Shown here: one piece after another, positions 52,001 through 62,314 of the stretch
How positions within the stretch are numbered: position 1 is the first letter of the stretch
Layout: every line of letters starts with the position of its first letter
Assembly: GCF_006345805.1 (NCBI RefSeq)
Contig: NC_043003.1
Location: 51,708,001-51,772,000, forward strand
Length of the DNA stretch: 64,000 nt
Source: Octopus sinensis
Taxonomy: Eukaryota
Direction of reading: 5' to 3'
Made by a program: the position numbers and the translations under genes
The notes under the pieces: generated by a model
Databases searched by the model: none
The model's input: only the letters and a program-made list of their open reading frames with translations
Told to the model about the DNA's origin: nothing

Positions 52001-54530
52001 GTCTGCTGGTTCAGGATTGTCATGGGATAAAACAACAGGTTATGGTGAGAATAATAGATTAAGCTACCACCCATGTTAATGTGATGAAATGACAGGGTAT
52101 TGTAGACCTGCTGGGTGGTTAAGTTTGCTTTTCAACTACAAGGTTTTGGGTTCTGTCACACTGTATGGCACATTTGGAAAGTGTCTTCTATTTATAGCCC
52201 TGGACCAACCCATCATCCTCAATCAGTAGTACTTTTATAGTATATAGGCCCCCAAAGTATGAAAAAGGAATTTGACATTTAAAGAATGTTTTTTTTTTAA
52301 TATAGGGCATGATATGAGAAAGATTTGGCATTTTTTCTAGCAGGTCAAAGGTGGTGAGCTGGCAGAATCGTTAACATACTGGGGAAAATGCTTATCGGTA
52401 TTTCCTCCATCTTGATATTCTGAGTTCAAATTCTGCTGAGGTCAACATTGCTTTTCATCCTTTCAGGGTCAATTAAGTAAGCACCAGTTTTGCACTGGGG
52501 GTCAATGAAATCAACTTACCCCTCCCCCAAAATTTCAGGTCTCATGCCTTTAGTAGAAAGGATTATTTCTAGCAGGTCAAACCAATGTCAGGAATAATGA
52601 ATTGCTTTTTAATGCTTGTAATAATGATTATTATAACTATTTAGCCCCACTGTTAGTGAAAAAGTGGTGTGTGCCGTCACTAGAGGAGGAGGGCATTTAT
52701 TGATAGAGAAAGGTATGAAGACTGAAGAAGATGAGGGGTAGAAGAATTGTAGATGCTAGCCCTCGCAATTGAGATGATACAGGACTGAAGCAAATGGCCA
52801 TATACTAAAATGGTTTCACATATGAAGTGGTGCAGCATAAAAACAAGAAAAGATAAAATCAAGATATGGCAGGCCCAACAACTTATACAAGCAAAGATGT
52901 TAAAATGATATTTAATTAAAAATTGAGAAGTTGTATACTTACATTATAGACATATGATTTTCAGGTCCAAAAAGCTTTGCTCCTTCCCAAAAGCAATCCA
53001 AAGGACTTATAATCATACATGGTAATAAGTCTGTTAGAATCTATCAAGAAAATTAGAAAAAAAAAAAAAATAGTTGTTAAAATCCCAGTGAAATAATTCC
53101 ATGTGAACAGAATAAACAAGTATTTGAAGTTAGATTAGTAAAATATTCCAATTAGATTAATTAAAAACTTTTTTTTTTTTTTTGCTGGGTTCAGTCATTG
53201 CATTGTAGCCATGCTGGAGAACCACCTTTAAGAATTAAGTAGATCACATTGTCCCCTGTACTTAATAATCTCTATTTTTTTTTTAACTGCTAAGCTACAG
53301 AATATAAATATAAACAGTTTAAATACATGCAAACACATGACAAGCTTCTATAAGTTTCCATCAACCAAATTCCATGCATGAATTATTGATTGACCTGAGA
53401 CTACAAGCAGAAGACATTCGTCCAAAGTGCCAAAGTGGTGGGACTGAACCCAGTTTGTTCAACTAAACTCTTGAAAGTGATGTTCCAGCATGGATGCCAT
53501 CCAATGACCGAAACAAGTAAAAGAATAAAAAAAACTGGATCAGGTGGTCAGAGAATTGCAGTTCTTTCTTTGTGGCACTGATAACCACCAAATAAAATCT
53601 TTCTCCCACTGTCTTCCTGGCTGCTTTCAAGTCATGATTACAGTGTAGTGGAAATGATGGGAGATGAACTTAATATCATTTTAGCTACTCAACCAATATG
53701 ACTGGTCATTTCTATAATGTAAGGTAGTGGATAGTTTCAAGAGGAATTACGATTGTTATCTCATGTTGCCACCACTGTAGTTCTAGAGAATTGCCATGAA
53801 ATATGAAAAGTACGTAGCTTTGGGTCAGTCTTGTTGCATACCACCTTATGCATGTGTCATCTACTACAGCCTCAGGCTGACCAATGCTTTGCAAGAGAAA
53901 TTTAGTAGGTAGAAACTGTTCAGAAGCCTATATGTATATATATATATATATATATAAAATTGGCACTCTGTCGCTTACAATGGTGAGGGTTCTAGTTGAT
54001 CCAACCAACAGAACAGCATGCTCCTGAAATTAACGTGCAAGTAGCTGAGCAAACATGTGAACCCTTAATGTATTTCTCAGAGAGATTCCGCATGACACAG
54101 AATGTGACATGGTTGGCCTTTTGAAATACAGAATACAGATACTACTCATTTTTGCCATTTGAGTGGACTGGAGCAACGTGGAATAAAGTGTCTTGCTCAA
54201 GGATATAACAAGTCACCGGGATTTGAACTCACAACCTTATGATTGTAAGCCAAATACCCTAACCACTAAGCCATGTAAATATATATATATATAAAGTTTA
54301 TTAGATTGATTTGCTGCAAAATTACTTGGACAATGAAGTAAAAAATAAAAATTGTGAGTAGAAGAATATAAAAAGAATATATATGTCTTTTCATTAGTTA
54401 CATCAATGTAGATATTGTCTGTGAAGTTGAGTTGTAAGAAATATTCAGAGAGATACTTACTTTCTCAAGATATGGCTGCACAAATATATCTGATGAAGGA
54501 GCATAGCAAATATCATGCAAAGACCATGTT
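19412..54530 (-). CDS. ptc: Patched (Hedgehog receptor), spliced CDS of 25 exons in the window, 5'-partial
   Basis: Hand-spliced exons give one continuous frame with the family motifs [30 protein letters not shown], the sterol-sensing domain ([20 protein letters not shown]), [41 protein letters not shown] and GAEFDFII. All introns are GT..AG with matching phases. Confidence 0.97.
19648..19744 (-). CDS. ptc: Patched exon (97 nt): [32 protein letters not shown]
   Basis: [13 protein letters not shown] resembles the insect Ptc C-tail motif; canonical splice sites. Confidence 0.85.
20499..20759 (-). CDS. ptc: Patched exon (261 nt): C-tail [19 protein letters not shown]...TKKDFCDN
   Basis: PTPEPSP motif just after TM12; ttaaag acceptor, gtaagt donor at 20498. 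Confidence 0.88.
21624..21723 (-). CDS. ptc: Patched exon (100 nt): [33 protein letters not shown]
   Basis: TM12 NGL..LPVLLS motif; canonical splice sites. Confidence 0.97.
22989..23131 (-). CDS. ptc: Patched exon (143 nt): [47 protein letters not shown]
   Basis: TM11 motif; canonical splice sites. Confidence 0.97.
24248..24480 (+). mobile_element. Possible non-autonomous Helitron-type element (5' part only)
   Basis: Starts TCTATTATATAAAA..CTGTCTGTCTGTG like the element at 42887-43245; no 3' end recognised. Confidence 0.4.
24672..24809 (-). CDS. ptc: Patched exon (138 nt): [46 protein letters not shown]
   Basis: TM9-10 with GxxxEF motif. Confidence 0.97.
25436..25627 (-). CDS. ptc: Patched exon (192 nt): [33 protein letters not shown]...VNLWIAVIV
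   Basis: GLPNYP.G.PF.YWEQY motif; canonical splice sites. Confidence 0.97.
26012..26100 (-). CDS. ptc: Patched exon (89 nt): [29 protein letters not shown]
   Basis: YAQ.PFYL motif; canonical splice sites. Confidence 0.95.
26445..26612 (-). mobile_element. CRE-clade-like non-LTR retrotransposon C-terminal fragment
   Basis: [21 protein letters not shown]...[16 protein letters not shown] matches the FGGxGP...LSxAIQRGNA signature. Confidence 0.7.
27167..27335 (-). CDS. ptc: Patched exon (169 nt): [24 protein letters not shown]...HDYRDRSLE
   Basis: GIINP..FY.YL.AW motif; canonical splice sites. Confidence 0.96.
28493..28638 (-). CDS. ptc: Patched exon (146 nt): LQKSFDND...[27 protein letters not shown]
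   Basis: [11 protein letters not shown] motif; canonical splice sites. Confidence 0.96.
28853..28991 (-). CDS. ptc: Patched exon (139 nt): [22 protein letters not shown]...[14 protein letters not shown]
   Basis: FWL.LFREWL motif; canonical splice sites. Confidence 0.95.
29092..29275 (-). mobile_element. Penelope-derived fold-back repeat with a hammerhead-like core (copy 2, Patched intron)
   Basis: 40-bp inverted arms (29092-29131 / 29162-29201, one mismatch); core CTGT-CCGATGA-ACG GCAA TGG-GAAA-CTC A GAG-TA-ACAG. Confidence 0.7.
30215..30388 (-). CDS. ptc: Patched exon (174 nt): VFTIVV...[38 protein letters not shown]
   Basis: TM7 and [10 protein letters not shown] motif. Confidence 0.97.
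30633..31198 (-). mobile_element. Internally deleted mariner transposon
   Basis: TIRs ttgg.gtgtctggaaagtttgtgccgattt / aaatcggcacaaactttccagacaacccaa, with TA at 31199-31200. ORF 30748-30978 contains [21 protein letters not shown]. Confidence 0.92.
31255..31415 (-). CDS. ptc: Patched exon (161 nt): [13 protein letters not shown]...[21 protein letters not shown]
   Basis: Similar to WTLSSFAEKHYAPFL; tttgcag acceptor, gtgggt donor. Confidence 0.92.
31667..32253 (-). CDS. ptc: Patched exon (587 nt): cytoplasmic middle loop containing a 9-aa PEK tandem repeat
   Basis: Open frame between ccaacag acceptor and gtaagc donor; phases (2 in, 1 out) join both neighbours; begins [12 protein letters not shown], like SRVIQVEPQ. 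Confidence 0.88.
32371..32591. mobile_element. piggyBac-type MITE
   Basis: TTAA-CCCTTCCGTTAC ... GTATCGAAAGGG-TTAA. Related ends at about 33780-33997 and 34235. Confidence 0.8.
32873..32991 (-). CDS. ptc: Patched exon (119 nt): [39 protein letters not shown]
   Basis: TM6 and [13 protein letters not shown] motif; canonical splice sites. Confidence 0.96.
36665..36916. repeat. Six-copy 42-bp minisatellite embedded in a SINE
   Basis: Contiguous units GGAACTCAGCCACTTTGC.T.TGTGAGGCCCAAC..TCAAAA starting at 36665, 36707, 36749, 36791, 36833 and 36875. Confidence 0.95.
40381..40506 (-). CDS. ptc: Patched exon (126 nt): [42 protein letters not shown]
   Basis: SSD TM5 motif; canonical splice sites. 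Confidence 0.97.
41951..42043 (-). CDS. ptc: Patched exon (93 nt): [31 protein letters not shown]
   Basis: GxxxDD motif of TM4; ttccag acceptor, gtatgt donor. Confidence 0.97.
42577..42735 (-). CDS. ptc: Patched exon (159 nt): LLYACISLL...[32 protein letters not shown]
   Basis: SSD TM3 motif; canonical splice sites. Confidence 0.97.
42887..43245 (-). mobile_element. Non-autonomous Helitron-like element
   Basis: A|TCTCTATATATATAAAC 5' end, subterminal hairpin ACTAGCAC..GTGCTAG and CTAG|T 3' end. Confidence 0.6.
43591..43722 (-). CDS. ptc: Patched exon (132 nt): EVDNIY...[26 protein letters not shown] (start of the SSD, TM2)
   Basis: Similar to [23 protein letters not shown]; canonical splice sites. 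Confidence 0.96.
44495..44642 (-). CDS. ptc: Patched exon (148 nt): [20 protein letters not shown]...[11 protein letters not shown]
   Basis: ALQ..QLM motif; canonical splice sites. Confidence 0.96.
45558..45679 (-). CDS. ptc: Patched exon (122 nt): [40 protein letters not shown]
   Basis: [13 protein letters not shown] motif; canonical splice sites. Confidence 0.97.
45818..45910 (-). CDS. ptc: Patched exon (93 nt): [31 protein letters not shown]
   Basis: GY..KPCLNP.DP.CP..APNK motif; canonical splice sites. Confidence 0.96.
46243..46507. mobile_element. hAT-type MITE with an 8-bp target-site duplication
   Basis: Ends CAGTGTTTCTCAA / TCGAAAAATCACTG; flanks GGTTAAAT and GGTTACAT (7/8). A related partial copy lies at about 61270-61443. 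Confidence 0.8.
48768..48870 (-). CDS. ptc: Patched exon (103 nt): [34 protein letters not shown]
   Basis: WTNLNP motif; ccacag acceptor, gtaagt donor; phase matches both neighbours. Confidence 0.93.
50636..50644 (+). promoter_or_regulatory. Perfect Gli/Ci consensus site GACCACCCA in a Patched intron
   Basis: Exact 9-mer match. Patched is the canonical Gli target, but function here is untested. Confidence 0.4.
52943..53040 (-). CDS. ptc: Patched exon (98 nt): [32 protein letters not shown]
   Basis: [11 protein letters not shown] motif; gatag acceptor, gtaagt donor. Confidence 0.96.
54461..54530 (-). CDS. ptc: Patched exon (70 nt): [23 protein letters not shown]
   Basis: tttttacag acceptor, gtaagt donor; similar to QWKLEHLCYK of PTCH1. 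Confidence 0.9.
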
Positions 54531-57119
54531 CTGTAAAAATAAATTAATTGTTAGCATAAGCGTTATGAATCCCCTCCCCTCAAAAAAAAAAAAAACCTCT
54601 TGTATTGTAGAAGAATCTTATTTACCAAGAAATAAGGGTACAAATGAGCCAAATGGCAGCTTCTAAGCAATGATTGGATCTACAAGAAATAGATATCTAG
54701 AAAAGAAAAAAAAGGGGGTCTGTGTGTGGTGGTGGTGGTGGGGTACATAGGGTAATACAGTTCTAGAGAAAGAGAGTCAGTGATATGGATGTGATGCTTT
54801 TGATCAGGTCTACTCAACCAGAGCTAACTTAGGGTTAAACAATGATAAACAACCATGCACTGATTGTGATCATTAAATATATTGTTTATTTTTGTCTTTA
54901 CTACTGTCTTACATCTATGTTTCAATGTTTGCTTGGGCCAAATGGCTTTTTCTGATGGGAAAGCTGGAAGCTCTTCCAACTATCTGTTCAACAATGAAAT
55001 ATTTGTGTAGGGTACCTATGGAAGAGGTAGACCTAGGAAGACATGGGATGAAGTGGTGAAATATCATCTTCAGATTTTGAGTTTTACGGAGGCAATATCA
55101 GTGACCGAGACTGTGGGCAATTTGCTGTACTTGAGAAGATTAGTGAAATTGTAGTCATGGCCAGTGTTGGTGACACATAAAAGGCACTTGTGCCATTTTA
55201 TATGTTAAAGGCACCCAGTTCACTCAGTGGAGTGGTTAGCATTAAGAAGGGCATCCAGCTGTAGAAACCAAACCAAAACAGACAGGAACCTGGTGCAGCA
55301 CTCCGACTAGCATCGGAAATAGATGTTAAACAACGATGAGGTAGCCATTGAAAAAGTCAGGTTAATAGATATTGACATACAGACAGACAAAAAGAAATCC
55401 AACACATTCTCTTTGTTATATATTTCCGCAATGAAATACTGAGAAACATTGGTATAGATATTATAAATTAATGGTGCAGGCATCATTGGTGAAAAGGATG
55501 TTGCTGTTGTAGTTGTTTAAGGGCCAGGTCAGATTCCATCAAGTCAGTCTGTGCATTCCTTTTATTTGCTTCAGTTGTTTGACTGTGGCCATGCTGGAGC
55601 ACTGCCTTGAAAGGCTTTAGTCGAACAAATCGACCTCAGGATTTATTTTTTAAGCCTAGTACTTATTCTATCAGTCTCTTTTACTAATCCACTAAGTTAC
55701 AGGGATGTCAACACACCAACACTGGTTATCAAGTGGTGATGGGGGGGGGGCACAAACAGACACAAAGACACATACACATATATAATATATATATATATGA
55801 CAGGCTTCTTTCAGTTTCCATCTACCAAATCCACTCACAAGGTCTTTTTGGGCCCAAGGCTATAGTAGAAGACACTTGACCAAAGTGGGACTGAACCCAG
55901 AACCATGTGGTTGGGAAGCAAGCTTCTTACCACACTGCCATGCTTGCACCTATATGCCCAAAAATGTTCCATCACATCACTTTTTCCCCAGACACAGTAA
56001 AGATGTTTAGCAGTGATCTGAAACAGACATGGTTAATATTTCTAGAAAATGGACCAACTGCATAGCAGTTCACTTTGTAAAAGAAGTGTTCTGGGTCAGA
56101 GCAGATGGGTGCTTGTAGAAGGATAGATATAGGTATCTCTCTATCCATATGTATCCACAAACACGTGCACACACACACAGAGTAGAGAATGCACTTAGAA
56201 AAACTGGTAGAGTAGTGGTGAACATTGTAAAATGATGATGTATTGTATGCAGACTCATAACCCATTGGATAGATTTCAAAGATACCCTGAACAGAAAAAA
56301 AACAAAACAAAACATATATATAAAAAAAAAAAACAGATGTTAAAATCGTGATAATAACGATGATGATGATAGAATTCCTCAAAAATAAAAATGCAATTTG
56401 GCTTTAGAAGATGTAGTTTATTTTCTGTACTTTTTTTCTTTTCTTTTGCACTCAGTAACAAACTGGTCAGATGTTCTCATCGCTAGGGAAATGTAAGTGG
56501 TGCTATTAGCAGACAATGTTTAACAGTATAGATAATAGACAGAGACAGGAGCCTGTTTCTAATGAAATGCAGTTAAAGAGATAAACCATCTACACCACAT
56601 GGCTACCATCTGGGAGTATTTATAACTTTATAAAATAGAGGTATAAAAGTTAGGTATGTCCATAACCTTTGTAATGCAGCGTAAACAACTTATAAACTTT
56701 ATTATACAGTATAATACAGAAGAGCAACTAAGCTTAGAATGATATGTTGTGAATTATAACATGTGTTGTGAATGTTGATATTGTTGTTGTTTGTTTTAAT
56801 AAAGGGAATAATTAACCATTTTGTGAGTGACAGTTGTAGCTGATCTAACGTTCTATTCCAGAAACCAATCTTCAAAGATTGTTTGGAATATTTATCTATT
56901 AAGGATACACACAGATCAAATAAAGAAATTTAAACATCAACTGCTTGATCTCTTTTACTCTTTTACTTATTTCAGTCATTTGACTGCGGCCATGCTGGAG
57001 CACCGCCTTTAGTCGAGCACATCGATCCCCAGAACTTATTCTTTGTAAGCCTAGTACTTATTCTTTTGCTGAACCGCTAAATTACGGGGATCTAAATACA
57101 CCAGCATCGGTTATCAAGC

Positions 57120-57335
57120 GATGTTTGGGGGGACAAACACAAACACATATATATATATATACATATATACGACAGGCTTCTTTCAGTTTCTGTCTACCAA
57201 ATCCACTCACAAGGCTTTGGTCGGCCCGAGGCTATAGTAGAAGACACTTGCCCAAGGTGCCATGCAGTGGGACTGAACCCAGAACCATGTGGTTGGTAAG
57301 CAAGCTACTTACCACACAGCCACTCCTGCGCCTCT
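57120..57335. mobile_element. SINE (representative of an abundant family)
   Basis: ccaaatccactcacaaggctttggtcggcccgaggctatagtagaagacacttgcccaaggtgcc. Copies at about 6200-6390, 43300-43440, 55790-55950, 58470-58620 and 62560-62730. Confidence 0.8.
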
Positions 57336-60300
57336 ATGTAACTAGTGATAACTTGTATTTGAATGATTAGCTTTTAAGGATTTGAAGGTTGAAAAAAATG
57401 AGTGCATTTATGACTACACATTTCTAAATGTGTGGCCACAGCGTGGTTGAATGGTTAAGAAGTTCTCTTTGCAATATGAAGTCTGGAGTTCATTCCCACT
57501 GTGTGGTGTCCTGGGCAAGTGGCTTTTGGCCATTAGTTGATCCATATAATATGAGTGAAATTAAGATAGACGAAAACTGTGCAGAAGCTTATTACATGGA
57601 TTGTATCTGTAATTCAAAAGATCCAACCATATGACACACTAACAGTGACTCTACCCGAGGGCTATAAAGGGACCAGTGTCTTTGGAATACTCAGCCACTT
57701 ACACACAGACTGATTTGATGGAGCAACAATAACAAGGCTTAGAAAATACTAACGAATCTAATGAGGTACATTAATACAAATAAATTACAGTATCAATATC
57801 AACAATGCACTATCGATCAGATCACTAAGATGCTCTCTCAATGTTCTAGATTGAAGTATTTGTTCAGGCTCTTTACATTCCGAGTTCAAATCTTGCTATG
57901 GTCAATATTGACTTCCATCATTCTGGGAATCGATAAAACAACAGCAGTTGACATGGTCATGTCAATAAAATAGGTATCAGTTATACGCTCAAGTCGAATT
58001 CATTCAATCTAATTCTCAATTCCCAAAGTAAAATCAACGTAAACACAAAATTTGTATTTTGGTTCGTTGCATTTGTACTTAAATGCACTTCCTGCGCTTG
58101 ATCTCATGTAAACCTAACTCTGCTTTTCCTATGGCTTCGTTACTCGGTGGTGGTGATAGAGTAGTACCGCTGAATTCTAAACGATTGGCGAATAGAGTTA
58201 TCTCCCTTAAAGCTCGGCGAATATAGCGACACATCCCTGTACTCATTACTCTCTCCCTCTCTCACATACACACACAATGTCCTTAATCTTTTGTTCCACT
58301 CAATAGTCGACGGCCAAGCTTGGGCACCACAATGAAAAGTTTTAGTGGGACAAATCGATCCCAGTACTATTTTGAAGTCTGATACTTATTCTATCGATTT
58401 CTCTTTTGTCGAACTGCTAGTTTACGGGAACGCAAATAAACCAATACTGGTTATCAAACGACGGACCACACACACACAACAGGCTTTCACACAGTTTCGT
58501 TTACCGAATTCATTCATAAGGCATTGGTCAACCAGGGGCTATAGTATAAGACGCTTGCTCAATGTGTCGCGAGTGAGCTGAACTCGAAACCACATGGTTG
58601 CGAAGTAAGCTTCTTAACCAATGCATGCATGCACGTAAAAGAGATAGATAGATAAACAAAGAGGGAAAGCGAAAGAGATAGAGAGAGAGAGAGGAAGAAA
58701 GAAAAAGAGGGGAGGCTAGGACGGAATGGTTCAAATACAATCGGTATGAAAGATCAATTTGATACCGATAATATGACAATGGAATAATGCGTTGTCGTTG
58801 CTTTTCTGATTGCTGCAACCGCAATTAAATAAATAAAGAGCCGAGAGCGACCACACTGAATTTTCAGATTATGTGGCAATACGAGTTTAAGGAAAATGAC
58901 AAATTGCATTCTGGTTCCGTCCATACCTTTCCCAAGCACGAAAACAGATAAGTAGATGAGCGAAAATAACGATACATGAAAACAAAATCACAGTAATATA
59001 TACACAATGCTATTAATATGTACACGATTCAACAAATTACACGTTAGAGAAGAAAAAAAAAGTCTCGTTCTAATCAGTATTCCCCACCTCCAAGAAATCA
59101 GTATTCTATTGAAATTTCCATGTTTTTTAATTTTTTTTTCTTTGGATTCGTTAAGTGAAATGGACTAGTGTGAAGTGGGATACTTGAAAGCGCGATGCGA
59201 TGTCAACTTCTTGTATTAAACCATACCATGCCTTGTGGAACTCATATTACTGAAACTATTAAACCGAGACTATTATCGAGTTAGGGTTGTCTTGAACACT
59301 CGAGTTTTCAAATTTTAAAAATCGTAGATGATTTTTTCAGATAACCGTAGTTGTTGCATAAACTCCTTCATATATTTCATATTGGTCAGTTCAGAATCAA
59401 TAAAGGTATGAACCAGAATATTAATCAGCATGTATCAATCGGCAAAGAAACTATTTTTCATAATGACCAAGAGACCGTTCAAGTTAAAAACCCTACAACC
59501 AAACTAGAAAGCTTCCTACATGGTCGCTGATCTGCTTAAAATTTCCTCAACATATGCTACATACAATGCTAAATAAAAGCATGCTATGGTGTGTGTGTGT
59601 GGGGGGGGGGAGGTTAGACAAGATGCTTTTGGTCATGGGTTTTCTGGATCAGGATTGATCTGGAGCGAAACAATAGCAGCAACAACACTAACTCCACATC
59701 AGTCAGTATTGCCAAATATTTTGAGATGTTAACTTTTTTTTTTTTAAATATACATAATTCCAATATACAATTGAGAATCGCAAATTCTAATGAGGTGCAT
59801 TGAAAGGAATTGGTTTAAGAGTGAATGGCAATAAACGAAAGTATTTATGAATCAACTCCATTTGTCAAGGTTATTTCTAAAGATTTTCTATAGAAATTAT
59901 AACTGATTTGTAGAGATAACCTTAACAAGTGACGTGATGACACTGCTAACACAGTAGGACACAGTATTGACTTATAAAAGCATTTAATATACTTTGTAGT
60001 ATATTATGATTGCATAACAAAATACAATGTCCCTACACGTCTCTTATTTCTTTACATTACTTTACAATGTCCATACACGTCATGAAACAACTTATGCATG
60101 AGACGGATTCCTAACGCCATCAATTCATTCAGAGAATTTTCAACGACACATCGATGTTCTTATTTAGCCTCCATCTCAGCCTTGGCCAGACTGACATAAT
60201 TACAAACGTTCACAATTTTTTTGTTTGTTTTGTTTTTGTATAGCAAAGACTAGATTATCCATTGAATTACTTTTTCTTGGAGCAGTAGGTGAGAAGTAAT

Positions 60301-60589
60301 CTGAGGGATATAAAATAGGTATCTGTCAAGCATTGGGGTTATGTTAGAAATCATTAATCAATAGTAGTAGTGATATTGCCGGTAATTTCAGAAACTTTCA
60401 AAATCGCTGCAAATGCAAGACCTCACGATCACTGGTAGATGATTCTCCAGACAATCTCACACCAACAACACAGCAAAAGCGGCAATCCCAAACACTGGTG
60501 TTCCTCTTTAGGAACACACACAAAAAAAAAAAAAACTTCAGCGACAAACTGCAAAGGTGATAATCACAATGGTATATACTTGCACTCAC

Positions 60590-61010
60590 ATCTTGGACTG
60601 TGTTGCTGTTACACATACGGACATCATAAATCCTCCTCCAAAAAAAGCAGACTCTATGTCAAAAAATGGTATAGTCACCTATCAGCATGTCCCTCAGGCA
60701 TAACGTCTTTTTATTCCACTATGTCTATTTATGCTACAACGATAACTTCAGATATTCAGAGCTGTGTAGTTTCAAACCACCTCCATTCAGGGCTATTTGT
60801 ATCTCTTCTTAATCACCCATCCTATATCTAACCCCTCAAGCGCTGAACTAATAACTATAAAACTTAGATGTGTTTCGACCAAAGACTGGTCCAGGCCATG
60901 TCTAACTTAATAGCACCACCTGATAGGATTATCTAAATCCTGTTTAAGTCAAGTTTTGTTTATGGTCGAATCATTCCTTCCCAGAACGTCAAACATCTGG
61001 AATTCCCGCT
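60590..61010 (+). mobile_element. Decayed LINE (CR1/L2-like) ORF2 C-terminus
   Basis: Frameshifted remnants and the terminal motif SFLPRTSNIWNS at about 60970-61005. Confidence 0.55.
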
Positions 61011-62239
61011 CTGCTCTTGTGGTAGTCGATTTGTATGCTCAAGAACAAAATAAACTACGCCAACCCCTCAGGTTTCGGTCTTCGCAGGCGATGTGCAACA
61101 GAGATCAAGCCATAAAGACTCCTTACTTCTAATAATACAGAAATGGCAATTAGTAACTTTGGAACTGTTCGCATCGCAAATAGCTCTAGAGTATTCATCA
61201 GAAACACCTCCTGTCAACGTTACCACACACACAGACACACTATTCTACACTACTGGATTTCCATAACCAGTCGATGTTTAAAAAAATCGTCTCATATTTT
61301 TATTATTAAATATTATTAGGAATTGTTTAAAAATTATTAAAATATTTTGTATGTTGTAGAAGTATAACGTATTGCACATAAATTTTAGCAACAAAATCTT
61401 ATGTGCACCCCAAAGATCATATGGATCGCGTTGAGAACCACTAGAGTATTGGCATCATGATCAGTTTTCTAAAAGATCACCGATTCAAAACTTTTAGAAT
61501 ATTTGTATAAAGCAGAGCCCTTGTGTGTGGTCAGTTAGAAAGTAATTTCCTCTTTCACCTTCGGGAACCTCTCTCTCTATTTCATTTCATCTCTTTCTTT
61601 CATCCCTCATACTTCTCTCCCACCTGCTTTTCACCTTACTCCACTCTCTCTCTCAGCAACATCCTCTACTAACCCTCTTCCCCCTCCTTTCAGCACCACC
61701 ACCATGCCATCGAGGTATCTTGCACTGGTTCAACTGAACTCACTGACACTGCCACACACAACCTAGTAAAGTGGAGGAGGTGATGGTGGTGGTGGTAGGA
61801 GTGAAACAGTTAGAAGAAGAAACCTTCAAAGAGAGAGAGAGAGAGAGGGGGGTAATAAGAGGTGATAGCAAGAGGAAATATGATGGCGGGGTGGTGAAAA
61901 GAAGATAGAGCAGTGAGGGTTGTAAGCCAAATAAAGCATGCTATAAGCTGTATGTATGTATGCTAATGCCTGAGAGAAAGAGAGAATTTGTTTTAATAAA
62001 TGAATGAATGAAAAAAATATTTGAATGACGGGAAGCGTGTGAAAGATGGGTGTGAGAAAACGAGTACGATTTAACGTACGCACACACGCATATTTACTCG
62101 GAGTTTCCACCAATTCTCTATTTTAAAAGAGAGTTACGTAACCATGTCATCTAAAGAAATGACACAAAAAACAAGCTGAGTAAATTTAACGATACAATAT
62201 GTAGAATATGTTTCTTCTGGTCATTATAATTAACGCGAG

Positions 62240-62314
<75 letters not shown>

